Source: Antedon mediterranea (taxonomy: Eukaryota; Animalia; Echinodermata). From it: a DNA stretch of 64,000 bases. The notes beneath the pieces are model-generated. The model did not search any database. It was not told where the DNA came from and worked only from the letters and a program-made list of their open reading frames with translations. Positions 1 through 11,660 of the stretch are shown here, piece after piece. The stretch's first letter is position 1; the number at the start of each line of letters is the position of its first letter. The DNA is taken from positions 27,534,437 to 27,598,436 of the forward strand of contig NC_092672.1 in assembly GCF_964355755.1 (NCBI RefSeq), given 5' to 3'. Made by a program: the position numbers and the translations under genes.

Positions 1-1309
1 AAGAGTTCAAAGAACTACATCAGGAAGTTTTATTCTTAACTTACAGATTGAGGAAACATGTCATTCAATTTTCAAAGATTATTAAAAAGAATTGAATAAA
101 TTACAAATGGTTTGAGCAATCAGCGACAAAGCATTCTCTAAACTAGGCCTGGTATTATGGAATAAGAATGTACCTAATTCAACTGTTCCTTGATGTTCCC
201 GGTATAGGCATTTTTTGGTCTAATATTTTTGTATAGTTATTCTTTAGTTATTTTTTTATGTAGTACATTTCGATGTGAAGCACTTTGTCATTAAAGTTAA
301 AAGAGCTATATAAATTACTATTACTAGACTAGGTCGTGTCCACAGATGGTTCTCGAATACACATTAATTTCAGCGTAAAAAATGTATGTACCACAGGACT
401 ATAGTACATTGTCGTTTACAGAAACAAATAAATAGACAAGATGATTTATGTACAATTAGCACCCTGGGAGTTAGGCCTTGTCTTAAAAATAAGTCAATTT
501 TTTTTATTTGAATTCATTTAAACAAACCCAATTTGTGTTTTGTATATATGCACAAATTTGATACTGCAACAAAAAATGTGACATGACAACAAAAAATTGG
601 AATTGTTCGTAATTCAATAAAGTCAATCTTATTTTGAATTTACATATCCCAACAAACATAATACAAAACATAAAGATAGTCAAGTATCAACTTCCCGGGA
701 AAATTGAGATCACAAGTTACTATGTTGGATGTATTATGTTCGTAACATGGTGTCATTTAGAAAACTGCCTCTCCAAGGTGAGTACTTTTTTTTTCTTTAT
801 TTGATATCTGATACTTATACTTAATAGAAAGACAAAAAGACACACAAAAAAATTACATGTATTGCACACATTTATTATAATCCGTAAATTAGTTGACACC
901 GTTACTCACACCATCCACAGTTCTACAACAATTTGCCTGAAACCCTGACAAAGAACATGAACAAAGAATGAGATGCCTACTTGCAATTAGCAAGTTCAAA
1001 CCTCACTTTAAACATACCATATGGTTGTTTGTAAACACAGCATTGTATAATAAACACAAAATTCAATAGTTGATTATGTTGGTAACAAAGACACCAACAA
1101 TTTTGACTGTTGATTCACGTCATCGCAGCTTTAAATTTGATATAAAGTTATTTGAAACTAACTTTTCTGAATTTAATCACAACTATTAATTTCATCAAAT
1201 TTTTTTAAATTTATTTTTTGGAATTTTAACCGATCGTAACTATTAATCTCACCAAATTGTTTGATATTAATTTCATAAAACTATTAAAATCATCAAATTA
1301 ACTTGGGTA

Positions 1310-1652
1310 CCGTATATTGCTATGTATAAATCGCACCTGTGTATAAGACGCACCCATAATTGTGAACGAAATATCTTGTACTTTTATGTCACCTGTGTAT
1401 AAGACGCACATATATATATATCTAGGTCGAAATTTAAAGCATTTAACATGCTAACGATGGGCAGTGTGATCTCCGATATGTTGAGGTTAATTTGGAGATA
1501 ACACTGCCCACCGTTAGCATGTTAAATGCTTTAAATTTCGACCTAGATATATGTGCGTCTTATACACAGGTGACATCAAATTACAAGATATTTCGTTCAC
1601 AATTTTGGGTGCGTCTTATACACAGGTGTGACTTATACACAGCAATATACGG
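1310..1652. mobile_element. Pogo/Tigger-type (Tc1/mariner) fold-back MITE
   Basis: ta|ccgtatattgctatgtataaatcgcacctgtgtataagacgcaccc ... gggtgcgtcttatacacaggtgtgacttatacacagcaatatacgg; almost entirely palindromic around ~1480. Confidence 0.8.
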
Positions 1653-3331
1653 TCTTAAAATTTCATCAAACTACTGTATTTGAAATTGATTTTCTTGAAC
1701 AACATTTCAATTTGTTTAAGCTCATCAAGAGAAAACTGGAATTGCTCTCTGGAATTCACCAGCACTGGAGCGGATACAGAGCAGATAATGTCCCCTCTTG
1801 GTTGGGTTGAATAATCCTCATCTGATGGCCAAGTGTACAAATTATTCCCCTGTTTTTTCATGTACTTGACAGTAATGAGACCACTTTCATTTGCGATGTG
1901 AACCACCTCTGCCATGTACACAGATGTAGTGTTGTTCTTTTTACCAACCGAATGCAATTGTACAGCTGCAAAGTTTCCAACTTGAAGATCCCTGCAAAAT
2001 AATAATTCAAAATCAAGTCAAATATTAAATAAAAGCGTGCAAGAGTGTGTAAAGAGCCATTATCGCAAAAATTTAACAACGCAAATATTTCCACTTTTAC
2101 AGTAATAAACAAATTATATGTACAGGTACAGTACATCTTTCATTTATTATCTTGATGATGTAATGGCTGGACTGGTAATGGTGGGACATCAGACTCATCA
2201 TCTAATGTAGTATGGGCAGATTTGCTGAAATAAAAATCAACCAAATAGTATATATGTTGTGTTCTCAGAGCTGCTCATTTGAATTTTATTAAGTGTTAAC
2301 ACAAAAGTACAATGCTTACATCTTTTCACTATTCATATAAGTTTGTGCGGACTGGTCAGAATCTGTGGAGATTGGCAAGACTGTAGTCTCATTGATTGAC
2401 TACTGTGTGGGTTCACTGCTATGCTTATAAAGTGATGTTCTGAAAAATATAACAATTATTGAATATTATATAGTACTACAGTGTTTTTGTTTTCTTCTTA
2501 GTTCTCAGAAAATTGTTTCATGAATAAATAAGGGGTCCTTAACAATTATCAAACAGTATGTTTAGGGAGGGAATAACTTTGTGGATGTTAATTCAAATCA
2601 TCAATGTACTTTGCAAAAGTTGAAATTAGACATTTTCATGATCAATGAGTATGAACTTCATACTCATTGATCATGAAAATGTAACCCATGGATAAAACAG
2701 ACTTTGAATGTATCAAGTCAACAACAAAAAACAATGTTTATAATTGTGAAGGACCACTACTCTTTTTATACTACAGTACATACCTTTCAATTTTCCCTCT
2801 TTTAAGCGACATCAAAGAGAGTTGACCAGTGAACTTGATGTTTGGACATGGTTGGCTTGATATACCTCTACAAGTGTCGCAGAAACAGCTCCTTTCCTTT
2901 GTTCCGATAACATGGTTAAATACCACTAAAGCTGTGAGAGCTGCGTGCATTTGGGATAGGACGGATATTTGTAGTTCTTTCTCTGTCAGTCAGTTCAGAA
3001 ACTAAACTGTTTACAGTTTCCACCTTCTCCTTTATAACGACGTGTTTAGCCTGAGTTTGAGTGCCGTTCTTATTTGTCTTTGTGTAAGCTTCGCTGACCC
3101 ATACTTTCCACTTTATGGGGTCATCCCCTGAGCTTGCAGAAGAGGCTGTAGGTGCTTTGAAACAACATCAACACAACATTTGTCGCATGTGCAGTCTATA
3201 CACTCCTTTTTGAGGAACATTCCTGGGGCCTCGCATACTGTTATGGATGAGGCTTCGTACTTGTTTTTCGAAGCAACATGTTTGTTAGCAATGCACTTGG
3301 CATATAAGGATTCTACCTTAAATGTTACATT

Positions 3332-3545
3332 TGTCGAATTCGATTGGGAACTTTTGTTGTCAAGGTAAAGATTCGTTGAGTACTTTTTGTATTCGAATTG
3401 TAAATTTGTGCTCAACAGAAAGTCATTTGAATAGAAAACGTTGACAACGAAAGCTTTTTCATTAAGAACAATCTCAACGCTCAAAATACTCCGTTAAAGA
3501 AGTACTCAACGGAAAAACTACTCAACGGTCCACTCGAATACGACA
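3332..3545. mobile_element. 214-bp MITE with 3-bp TSD interrupting the transposase
   Basis: TIRs tgtcgaattcgattgg and ccactcgaatacgaca, ATT on both sides, internal gttgag/ctcaac repeats. Removal restores the frame CLCEYCIN-VTFKVESL. Confidence 0.8.
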
Positions 3546-4246
3546 ATTGATACAATACTCACACAGGCATTGCAAAAGTCTTTGAAACCGGTTTATAGTT
3601 TGCTAGCTTGACTGTGGAGAACTTGGTAAAACTAAGTGAGACAGTTGGATATGCAGCTTTAAATTCATTGTAGGCCGTCTTCATTGTGCATTCCATCACC
3701 TTGCCTGGTGTCTTGTCTACAGCGGAAGGTGCATCTGGCAATTCTCTTGCAATCCACCCGATCATAAAATGACAGAACTTTAGACACTGTGTCCTGGCTC
3801 AGAGCATAACTCCTTTGCTTTCTAAACTTTATCGAATGTGAATTGATTGGCTTGATCAAAAAACTCCAACTCAGTCCTAGATGCTTTCGGACAAGTGTTT
3901 TTCCTATTTTGTTTTTGACACACACGGCCATAAACAGTTGACGCCTGAGTTGAATTTTTTTTTCAGGGCAGCTCGCGTCCTTGATTTTTCTACCATGCTC
4001 GAAAATATTTCTGCAAACTTATTTGGGCTCTTCGGCACCACTCTCCATGATCTTGATAAAGCCTTCCTTTTAGCTTTATTACTTGGAAAGGGGGTTGATG
4101 TTGGTGTCGACGACTATGTACAAGAGCTCTGCTTGTTTAAGGCATATGCCTCCCGTCGCTTCTCTAATATGCGCCGCTTTTTTTGGCTTGATTGATTTGC
4201 CCTCCTGCTACGTTGGTAATCCCTCCACTTCTGTTGTTTCTCACTG

Positions 4247-4580
4247 GTCTCCTTTCGAGTCTCTATTGGAGGTGTTGTATTGATACCAGCATCTTTTTTC
4301 CGCTGTCTCATCCTCTGCATCCTGATCTTTGCTTTTGCGTTGTCTCTTATTTCGGTCTCCTTCCGAGTCTTCATTGGAGGTGTTGTATTGATATCAGCAT
4401 CTTTTTTCCGCTGTCTCATCCTCTGCATCCTGATCTTTGCTTTTGCATTGTCTCTTACTCTTACTTCGGTCTCCTTTCGAGTCTCCATTGGAGGTGTTGT
4501 ATTGATACCAGCATCTTTTTTCCGCTGTCTCATCCTCTGCATCCTGATCTTTGCTTTTGCGTTGTCTCTTACTCTTACTT
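4247..4580 (-). repeat. In-frame coding tandem repeat, about 3 x 114-120 bp
   Basis: Three copies of RDNAKAKIRMQRMRQRKKDA(G/D)INTTPP.ETRKET in ORF 4114-4851. Confidence 0.9.
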
Positions 4581-5140
4581 CATCACTTCGCTCTAATCTT
4601 CTTATCTTTAAGCGGGAACATTCAAATTTCCGAAATTCTGCATATTTTTGTGGATTTTCTTTTAAGTTTTTAAGGTGCAACCTCTGTGCTTTAGCATTCT
4701 TCGTCTTTTTTGATTCCCAAGGGACATCATCCAGATCAAGTTTATCACCTTTTTCAGTACAGCAACGAAGCTTCATTCTGAGTATTAAAAAATAGTAATT
4801 CAATAAATATACGGTATGACTATACATTTCCTGACATAAATATATATACATTATCTTTTTAATAAATAAACTGTGACTGTGAAAGTCTTATAATTGTATT
4901 ATATGTTGATCAACACACTTTAGGATACGTGTTATTGGCAAAGGACAGCATGTATGAATTTAATTTTATGTTCGTAACAGGTGACACCATTGACAGTCAG
5001 AACTACGTAATATAATACAACTTCACAGGAAATTATATTTATTTAAAATACAAAATCAACATGATGATGTTAAATTAAATTTCTTATTGTTAAAACAACT
5101 AAGATGGATGTGTAGAAAGCGATGACCTCGAATTGGACGA

Positions 5141-6469
5141 CCCGGGCGCTTTTTTTTTTCGTACATAAGTTGGGGACCCCTCATGAAACGTCACAAAATA
5201 AACATGAATAATTCATCAGTTAAATTTGTTGTTCCGTGTGCACCCAGCGTATAGCAACAAGAAGTGATTACACAACTGCGGTTCTTTCTACAGTAGGCCT
5301 AGGATTGTAGGTCAATTCACGTGACTGCCTTCGCGCACACTTCTTCACACACACGTCCACTATGCAAAATGTGTCGAGGCTAATCGACAGCTAGGCAAGA
5401 CATTAAACTAAGTAGTAATTGGACATAGCCCAAAGAAAGTTAAGACCCACAAGAATAAAGAATGTGTATAATTTGTGTACTGTAATTTTTTAATTCTGCT
5501 ATTTTATTATCAAACAATATGCATGTACTCAAAGGAACTTTAAAAATGCGCATATTTATGAACACATGAGATGGGAAGATTAGACCCACGAGAATAAAAA
5601 ATGTATTTTTGTGTATATGTTTATTGTTTAATTTTGCTGACTTATTACTCGGACTGTGTCATACCTAACACCAAAGAACTTATAACACAAGAATCTCCTG
5701 TTCGTCCGAAGCGCGTAACAATTTTGAAAGGCATTGTGGGATAGAATAGAGCTATGGGTGGCGCCATTGTGAGCCATGGACTAGGGCGCCCGCATCAAAT
5801 TAGAAAGTCAAAATCATAGAGGGGATCTGCTAATGCTCTAGGGGGGGTAGAGTAATTGACTGAGGAGTAGGGCGCCCGCATCAAATTAGAAAGTCAAAAT
5901 CATAGAGGGGATCTGCTAATACTCTAGGGGGGTAGAGTAATTGACTTCCTAGTTTGGAGGGGGCGCTGCTCCATGCTGTGAAATGGTGTCGCCCAGTTTG
6001 ACCTTTTAACACTGTACTTCCGATACTGTTTGAATGCAAATTGAACAGGAGATTCTTGTGTTATAAGTTCTTTGCTAACACACAGGTCACACACACCCAC
6101 ACAGCTACTACTAGAATAGACATGGGTTTAGAGACTAATAATTAGGCCTAATAGTATCAATAGAAACAAACTATAATTTTAACACGTATTTATAGTAATA
6201 AATTATATTAAAAACACCATAAACTAAAGGCTGATTATTTCGACAATCCACACAAAACGCCGCTATTCTATTATGAAATCGCACGCGGCAACCACAGCGG
6301 AGATAGGCCTAGAATCGTACCGCACTTGTGTAATCACTTCTTGTTGCTATACGCTTGGGTGCACATACGAAACAAGAAAATTTAACTGATGAATTATTCA
6401 TGTTTATTTTGTGACGTTTCATGAGGGGGGTCCCCAACTTATGTATGAAAAAAAAAATCGTGACCCGGG
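5141..6469. mobile_element. MITE with ~160-bp TIRs, CCCGGG termini and 3-bp TSD (CMC/EnSpm-like)
   Basis: 5141-5300 is the inverted repeat of 6305-6469. cga|cccggg ... cccggg|cga, inserted in a gacctcgaattggac tandem repeat. Confidence 0.8.
5672..6074. mobile_element. 403-bp MITE with CA..TG termini and 7-bp TSD (P-superfamily-like), nested in 5141-6469
   Basis: 32-bp TIR caaagaacttataacacaagaatctcctgttc; TSD ctaacac (5665-5671 and 6075-6081); internal ~80-bp direct duplication (~5782 and ~5868). Confidence 0.85.
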
Positions 6470-6524
6470 CGACCTCGAATTGGACGACCTTGAATTGGAC
6501 AACCCATAACACGAAACCGACGAC

Positions 6525-7601
6525 GGGTGTCACGAAACCTAAGACCACGAAAGCTCAGACTCCCTAAGACCACGAAAGCTAAGACCCAACACCTAAGATT
6601 ACAAATACTAAGATATACTACAGCTTAAAAACAATACTTGTTTATCCATACATAACTTTAAACACAGTAGGTTTCATTTATTACCATAACTATAATTTAA
6701 TACTACCGCAAAACATTATTTTCGCCCGTTGAGTAAATGTATATTTTTTCTTTACAACAAACAAACTTGACGGGTTGTTTGTTGGTATATATTTACTCCA
6801 TTGTGTTGGTTCAGAGGATGTTTTTCTTACGCACCTGCCTTTCTTGTATTTTGACTCCAAATTTGTTGACTAACTTTATCCTGAACACCACACTTTAAAA
6901 TTAGGACTTATAAGTACTTTCAGAAGGAGAAACACATAATAACAAATAAATAAATCCTTTAAATTGATGATTTTACAGATGTGTTTCTTTGTATACTGTA
7001 ATGTAACTCCTCGAGCTCCCACCATGCTCAATGTTTTTGTTTCTATGGAGCGCCAAAAGAGCAACAATAATAGTACAAGCATAAAAACAGAAAGAAAACG
7101 AAACAAAAAAACTTATCATGATTTTTAAATTAAAATTTATTTGCCAGTATTTATTTCTTCGTACTTGCATGATTATACTATTATCATTACAATTTTAATT
7201 TTACATTGTTCCATCCACACTGTAGATGGACTCCACAGAGTTTTCAGCCCTCTATATAATTTTTGCTCTTTTGACGTTCCATAGAAACAAAAACATTGAA
7301 CATGGGGTAGGCCTACTGTAGTACTGTAGGCTAGTCATTTTGTGTGCGAGAAAAACGTCTGTAAAATCATCAATTTAAAAATGTATTTGTTACTTTTTAT
7401 GTGATTCTTTTTTATGAAAGTGCCAATTCTAAGGTGTGGTATTCAGAATAAATGTTGGGAGTTAAAATCATGGAGTAAAGAATACAAGGCAGGTGCGAAA
7501 GATAAATATTTGTAATCTTAGGTTAGGTGTTGGGTCTTAGCTTTCGTGATCTTAGGTCTTAGGGGGTCTTCGCTTTCGTGGTCTTAGGTTTCGTGACACC
7601 C
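6525..7601. mobile_element. Mutator/MULE-like non-autonomous element, copy 1
   Basis: TIRs gggtgtcacgaaa... and ...tttcgtgacaccc; 10-bp TSD aaccgacgac; near-identical to 48410-49500. Confidence 0.9.
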
Positions 7602-8648
7602 AACCGACGACTCCTATAGCCTAGCCTAGGCCTAGCTAGTGTGGTATAACATCCCGAAGGAATGTTTGTTTACACCCAGCCCAGCCAGGGCAGGGAACTC
7701 TAAAAAACCATGGAAAAACACTAGGCCTAGGCCTAAGTAAATTACGATTTTAACATAAACTTCTACCATTAAGTAAAAAACCAAAGGTTATTAGTGTTCA
7801 TAGATACTTATATTACAATAATAATTGAAAACATACCTTGATTATGTTCCAATGTGATAGGATATTTGATGATAAAGTATGATGAAATATGATGTGCGTA
7901 ACACCGCGCAAAAAAAGTTGACACGAAAGGTGTTATCGCCTGTAGCAGTGACATTTGACCTGTATCCAGACGTTTTATTGTGTATATTAGTTGTACTGCT
8001 GGGACTTCCTTATCAGCGACCAGCGATGACAGACTAGCGCTCTGCACATGTGGTGTGGGCCTGTCAAATCTTCCAAATGACGTTCGTAACAGACTTGAAA
8101 CGACACACGTAAACATGTTTTGAATTGTTTTTTTTTACTGATATAAATAGCCATACAAAATTATTAAACTTGCCAATGTTTTAGTTAGATAAGATATAAA
8201 TTACAAATAATTCGTTGATTGAATAAACCTGTGTATTACTCGCAAGCTAGCCCCATATGATGTTCGTAACATTTCTTGACACGATATTATGTTACGAACG
8301 TAAGCCTGTGTTTACCATTCGAATCAAATTACATAATTGCTATTTTTTCACATTCTCTAAAACGATCTCATAGAGCAACACGTAATGCATAATGCACACA
8401 CAAAAAACACATAAATATTATCATTGGTGACCTCTGAAAACATAATTTAGTTTTAGAAGATTTTTATGTCAAAATGTGGTGTCTATTTTTGGTACATATT
8501 AAATTACATTTATTAAGTTCAGAAAAAAATTCCGCTGAGGTTTCATTCGTATAATTACCTATATCAACAACTTACATGATCGTAAAATATATGTACATTT
8601 AAATACATATAAGACTAATTAGCAACATGTTTTAAAGAAATATATAAA

Positions 8649-9403
8649 CGCCGTGGTTAGGATTCCGGCACCGGAACTCAACTGCCCAGCGTTAGGGAAT
8701 CCGACACGCTATTGCGCATGCCCAGAGCGAGGTAATCGGCGACTCTATACCACCTATCAACAACAGCGATGGATCATTTCATAGCTGCGCCACACACGGC
8801 AAACTAGTCTAGATGCCTACTAATACGGTATCCACTAATCTAGGCTAGGGTTACCAGTTAGACGTGACCAGTGGACCTATTTATTTTTTAATTAAATAGT
8901 GGTTGCTTCATTCATATATAAACTTCATATCATTATGAATTATATAATTACATGACTAGTTTTATGATTTTTCATAACGCATTATACTGTACATAACAAC
9001 ATGCAATCACAAGTTGATTTGTTGACGGCAGCCACCGCGTGGATGTGAAAACTGTTTGGAAAGTCAGGGTCGCAACGCTAAAAACAGCATTACGATTCTT
9101 AGATAGATACTGATACTTATTAATATCATTATAATTATTTTAACGCGTGGCGTAGTCGTATTTTAATTATTAATTCATGTATGGCATAGGCCAAGTTTCA
9201 TCCATCGCTCTCTCGCTCGCGCAACGACTATCTAGGCTACAGTAAATCCCTATAACACTCCGACTCTCGGTGGTGTGGTGTGTGTGGCACTCTATAAGTG
9301 CAAGCTATAATTCACTTCCCAGAGCTATGAGCATGCGCAATAGCGTGTCGGATTCCCTAACGGTGGGCAGTTGAGTTCCGGTGCCGGAATCCTAACCACG
9401 GCG
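8649..9403. mobile_element. Mutator-like MITE, tandem copy 1
   Basis: ~70-bp TIR cgccgtggttaggattccggcaccggaactcaactgccc...; 9-bp TSD atatataaa. Confidence 0.88.
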
Positions 9404-9412
9404 ATATATAAA

Positions 9413-10229
9413 CGCCGTGGTTAGGATTCCGGCACTCAACCCCAGCGTCCCGGCCCAGCGTTAGGGAATCCGACACGCTATTGTGCATGCCCAGAGCGAG
9501 GTAATCGGCGACTCTATACTTTATCATCTACAGACTAACACTATCTTTGCTAACAGCGATGGATCAATTAATTGCGCCACGGCGAACTAGCCTAACTCAT
9601 TCATATATAAACTTCATATAATTATGAATTATAATTACATGACTAGTTTTATGATTTTCAAGTACAAAATAAAGATTTCATTTAACGCATTATTATACTG
9701 TAATAACATGCACTCGTATACAAGTTGATTTGTTGACGGCAGCCGCCGCCCGGATATGATGTGAAAAAACAGAACTTTTCGGGAAGTCGCGGTCGCAACG
9801 CTACGCTATATTCACTTTCGTACATTTCTTGAAATACGCAAGCGTTATGCCACTGGGAGGCCTGTGTTTTTGTCCCGTTCCGAACTTCATAACTTCCTCT
9901 GTCTAATAACATTAGAGCATTACGATTCTTAGATAGATCATAATAATTATTTTAACGTGTGGCGTAGTCGTATTTTAATTATTTAATTCATGACGTATGG
10001 CCTAGGCCAAGTTTCATCCATCGCTCTCTCGCTCGCGCAACGACTAACTAGGCTACTACAGCAAATCCCTATAATAACAACGTCCGACTCTTGGGTGGTG
10101 TGGTGCGCGGTCTGTGGCACTATAGAGTAGTGCAAGGTACAATTACTTCACTCTGGGCATGCGCAATAGCGTGTCGGATTCCCTGACGGTGGGCAGTTGA
10201 ATTCCGGTGCCGGAATCCTAACCACGGCG
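9413..10229. mobile_element. Mutator-like MITE, tandem copy 2 (diverged subfamily)
   Basis: Same TIRs and homologous body with large indels relative to copy 1; flanked by atatataaa at 9404-9412 and 10230-10238. Confidence 0.88.
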
Positions 10230-11260
10230 ATATATAAAATCTCTGCAGTATCATATTTGTGCATATAACATTAGAGTTCAGGGATGAAGAAGGGGATGGG
10301 AAGAACAATTTTTACATATATTCTCTATCCACTCAGTAACAAAATATTGTTTTAAATGTTTTCTAGGCCTATCAATAATATACAACTAAACACAGTAAAA
10401 CATTTAAGATTTATAATACTTTTTTTAAACTGTCCCTGTTATAGTCGATTGAAATAGTAAAGTACATGTAACGATACACCACTACGACGTTTATATTTTT
10501 TATAATTATTATATATTAATACAAACATTGAGAAGCAACTGTCAGTAATCTACCCAAAGTCACAGTAATAAATGTTCTTTGTATATTTTGTTTATATATC
10601 TAACAGTAACCACATTCACAGAAGACAATTTCGATTCAAATGGCGACCAAAAATGGTTAATACATACATTATTTACATTCAATATTGTAAAAGTATTGCA
10701 ATACTATAATAAGTTTTATTCTCCAAGGGCCCATAAAGTTACCTATTAGTGTTCAACCAAGGGCTCATAAATTTACCTACTAACTGGGAGTCTGAGAGAT
10801 TGGAATGTTTCATTCATCACAAATCAATACATTTGTTTAAATGTATATTAAATCTATCAAAATAGTATTTTTCAAAGAAAATCGGCCTGTCTTCAACATT
10901 ATGATACTGTACTCGAGCTGTTCAACCGGTTTTCAGCTATTAAAAACAATTGTCGTAGGAGGAGATAGGAAAATGAAAAGTATCCTCGTATTATTGTGTG
11001 CAGGTATTTTTCATGAGGACATCCATTAGACAGTGTAAACCACGATCAGAAAACACCCCTATTTGGGGCAAGTCGTTGAACCTAAATTTGTTTTAATTGT
11101 CAATAACTAATTATCTAACTAACTTTAATTAGTAAACAGGGTTACATCAGGTGGTTAAAATCAGTACCGAGATTCTAACCAACTTTATATAACATCGAGT
11201 AAACATTCTAGAAATAACGCGCGATTTACCGACTTTTGCCCTTACTTAAATTTATATAGA

Positions 11261-11660
11261 CTAGATGGTACGCTCGCGTACCATCTAGGTCGTGCCCACA
11301 GATGGTTCTCGAATACATAATAATTTCAGCGTTAAAAAACTGGCGATTTAAAATGTACGTACCGCAGGACAATAATACATGTCGTTTACAGGAACGAATA
11401 AATAGACAATGTGATTTATGTACTCAACTAAAATTAGCACCCTGGGAATTACTTCCGAAAGAGAAACTTGTCACAAAATGAGACCAATTGTTTAAGTCAA
11501 ATTTAAACAAACTTAATTTGTGTTTTGTATGTAACATTAGTGTTGAGGGATGGGGAAGAGGATGGGTGCAAAGAGGAACAATTTTTAAATATATTCTTTA
11601 TCCATTTAGTAAAGAAATATTCATTGTTTTCATGTTTTACAAATAATATACCACTAAACA
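11261..11660 (-). mobile_element. Helitron copy B, 3' portion, directly abutting copy A
   Basis: Begins ctagatggtacgctcgcgtaccatctaggtcgtgcccacag (3' terminal hairpin plus CTAG). About 400 bp are the reverse complement of ~34030-34429. No recognisable 5' end. Confidence 0.85.

Larger units (their letters stand above)
1655..4776 (-). pseudogene. Decayed spliced transposase gene (Sola2-like): basic N-terminus, Cys-rich domain, catalytic core missing, C-terminal SCFC..C motif and Tudor/SH3-like domain
   Basis: ATG 4776 after an AG acceptor. Frameshifted segments read V.SFYD..RELP..MECTMKTAYNEFKAAYPTVSLSFTKF, QCLCEYCIN|VTFKV, C..C.C.KC, IKWKVW, PIPNARSSH..ERSCFCDTC..C.N. Small GT-AG exons at ~2320-2439 and ~2137-2224; last exon ~1655-1992 (VGNFAAV..YMAEV..V.YM..YTWP..D..DII..P). 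Superfamily assignment is from recalled motifs. Confidence 0.65.
549..10263. mobile_element. 9.7-kb TIR DNA transposon (Sola2-like by protein motifs) nested in Helitron A
   Basis: 20-bp TIRs tgcacaaatttgatactgca (549-568) and tgcagtatcatatttgtgca (10244-10263), 1 mismatch, flanked by TATA on both sides. Removing it restores the Helitron sequence seen uninterrupted at ~11520 (gttttgta-tgta-acattag). Confidence 0.85.
324..11260 (-). mobile_element. Non-autonomous Helitron copy A, split by the 549-10263 insertion
   Basis: The 5' end on the minus strand, TCTATATAAATTTAAGTAAGGGCAAAAG (ending 11260), matches the intact copy at 32979. Segments 10790-11260, 10264-10500 and 324-548 match the corresponding parts of 32979-34429. 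3' CTAG at 324-327 followed by T; the terminal hairpin has collapsed to ctagactag. Confidence 0.85.

Noticed and set aside
4192-4795. Plus-strand hydrophobic repeat ORFs resembling membrane proteins
   Set aside because: Antisense shadows of the Lys/Arg-rich minus-strand transposase ORF.
6876-7170. Small ORFs duplicated at 48782-49085
   Set aside because: They lie in two copies of a young non-autonomous element, so the conservation reflects recency; no recognisable domain.
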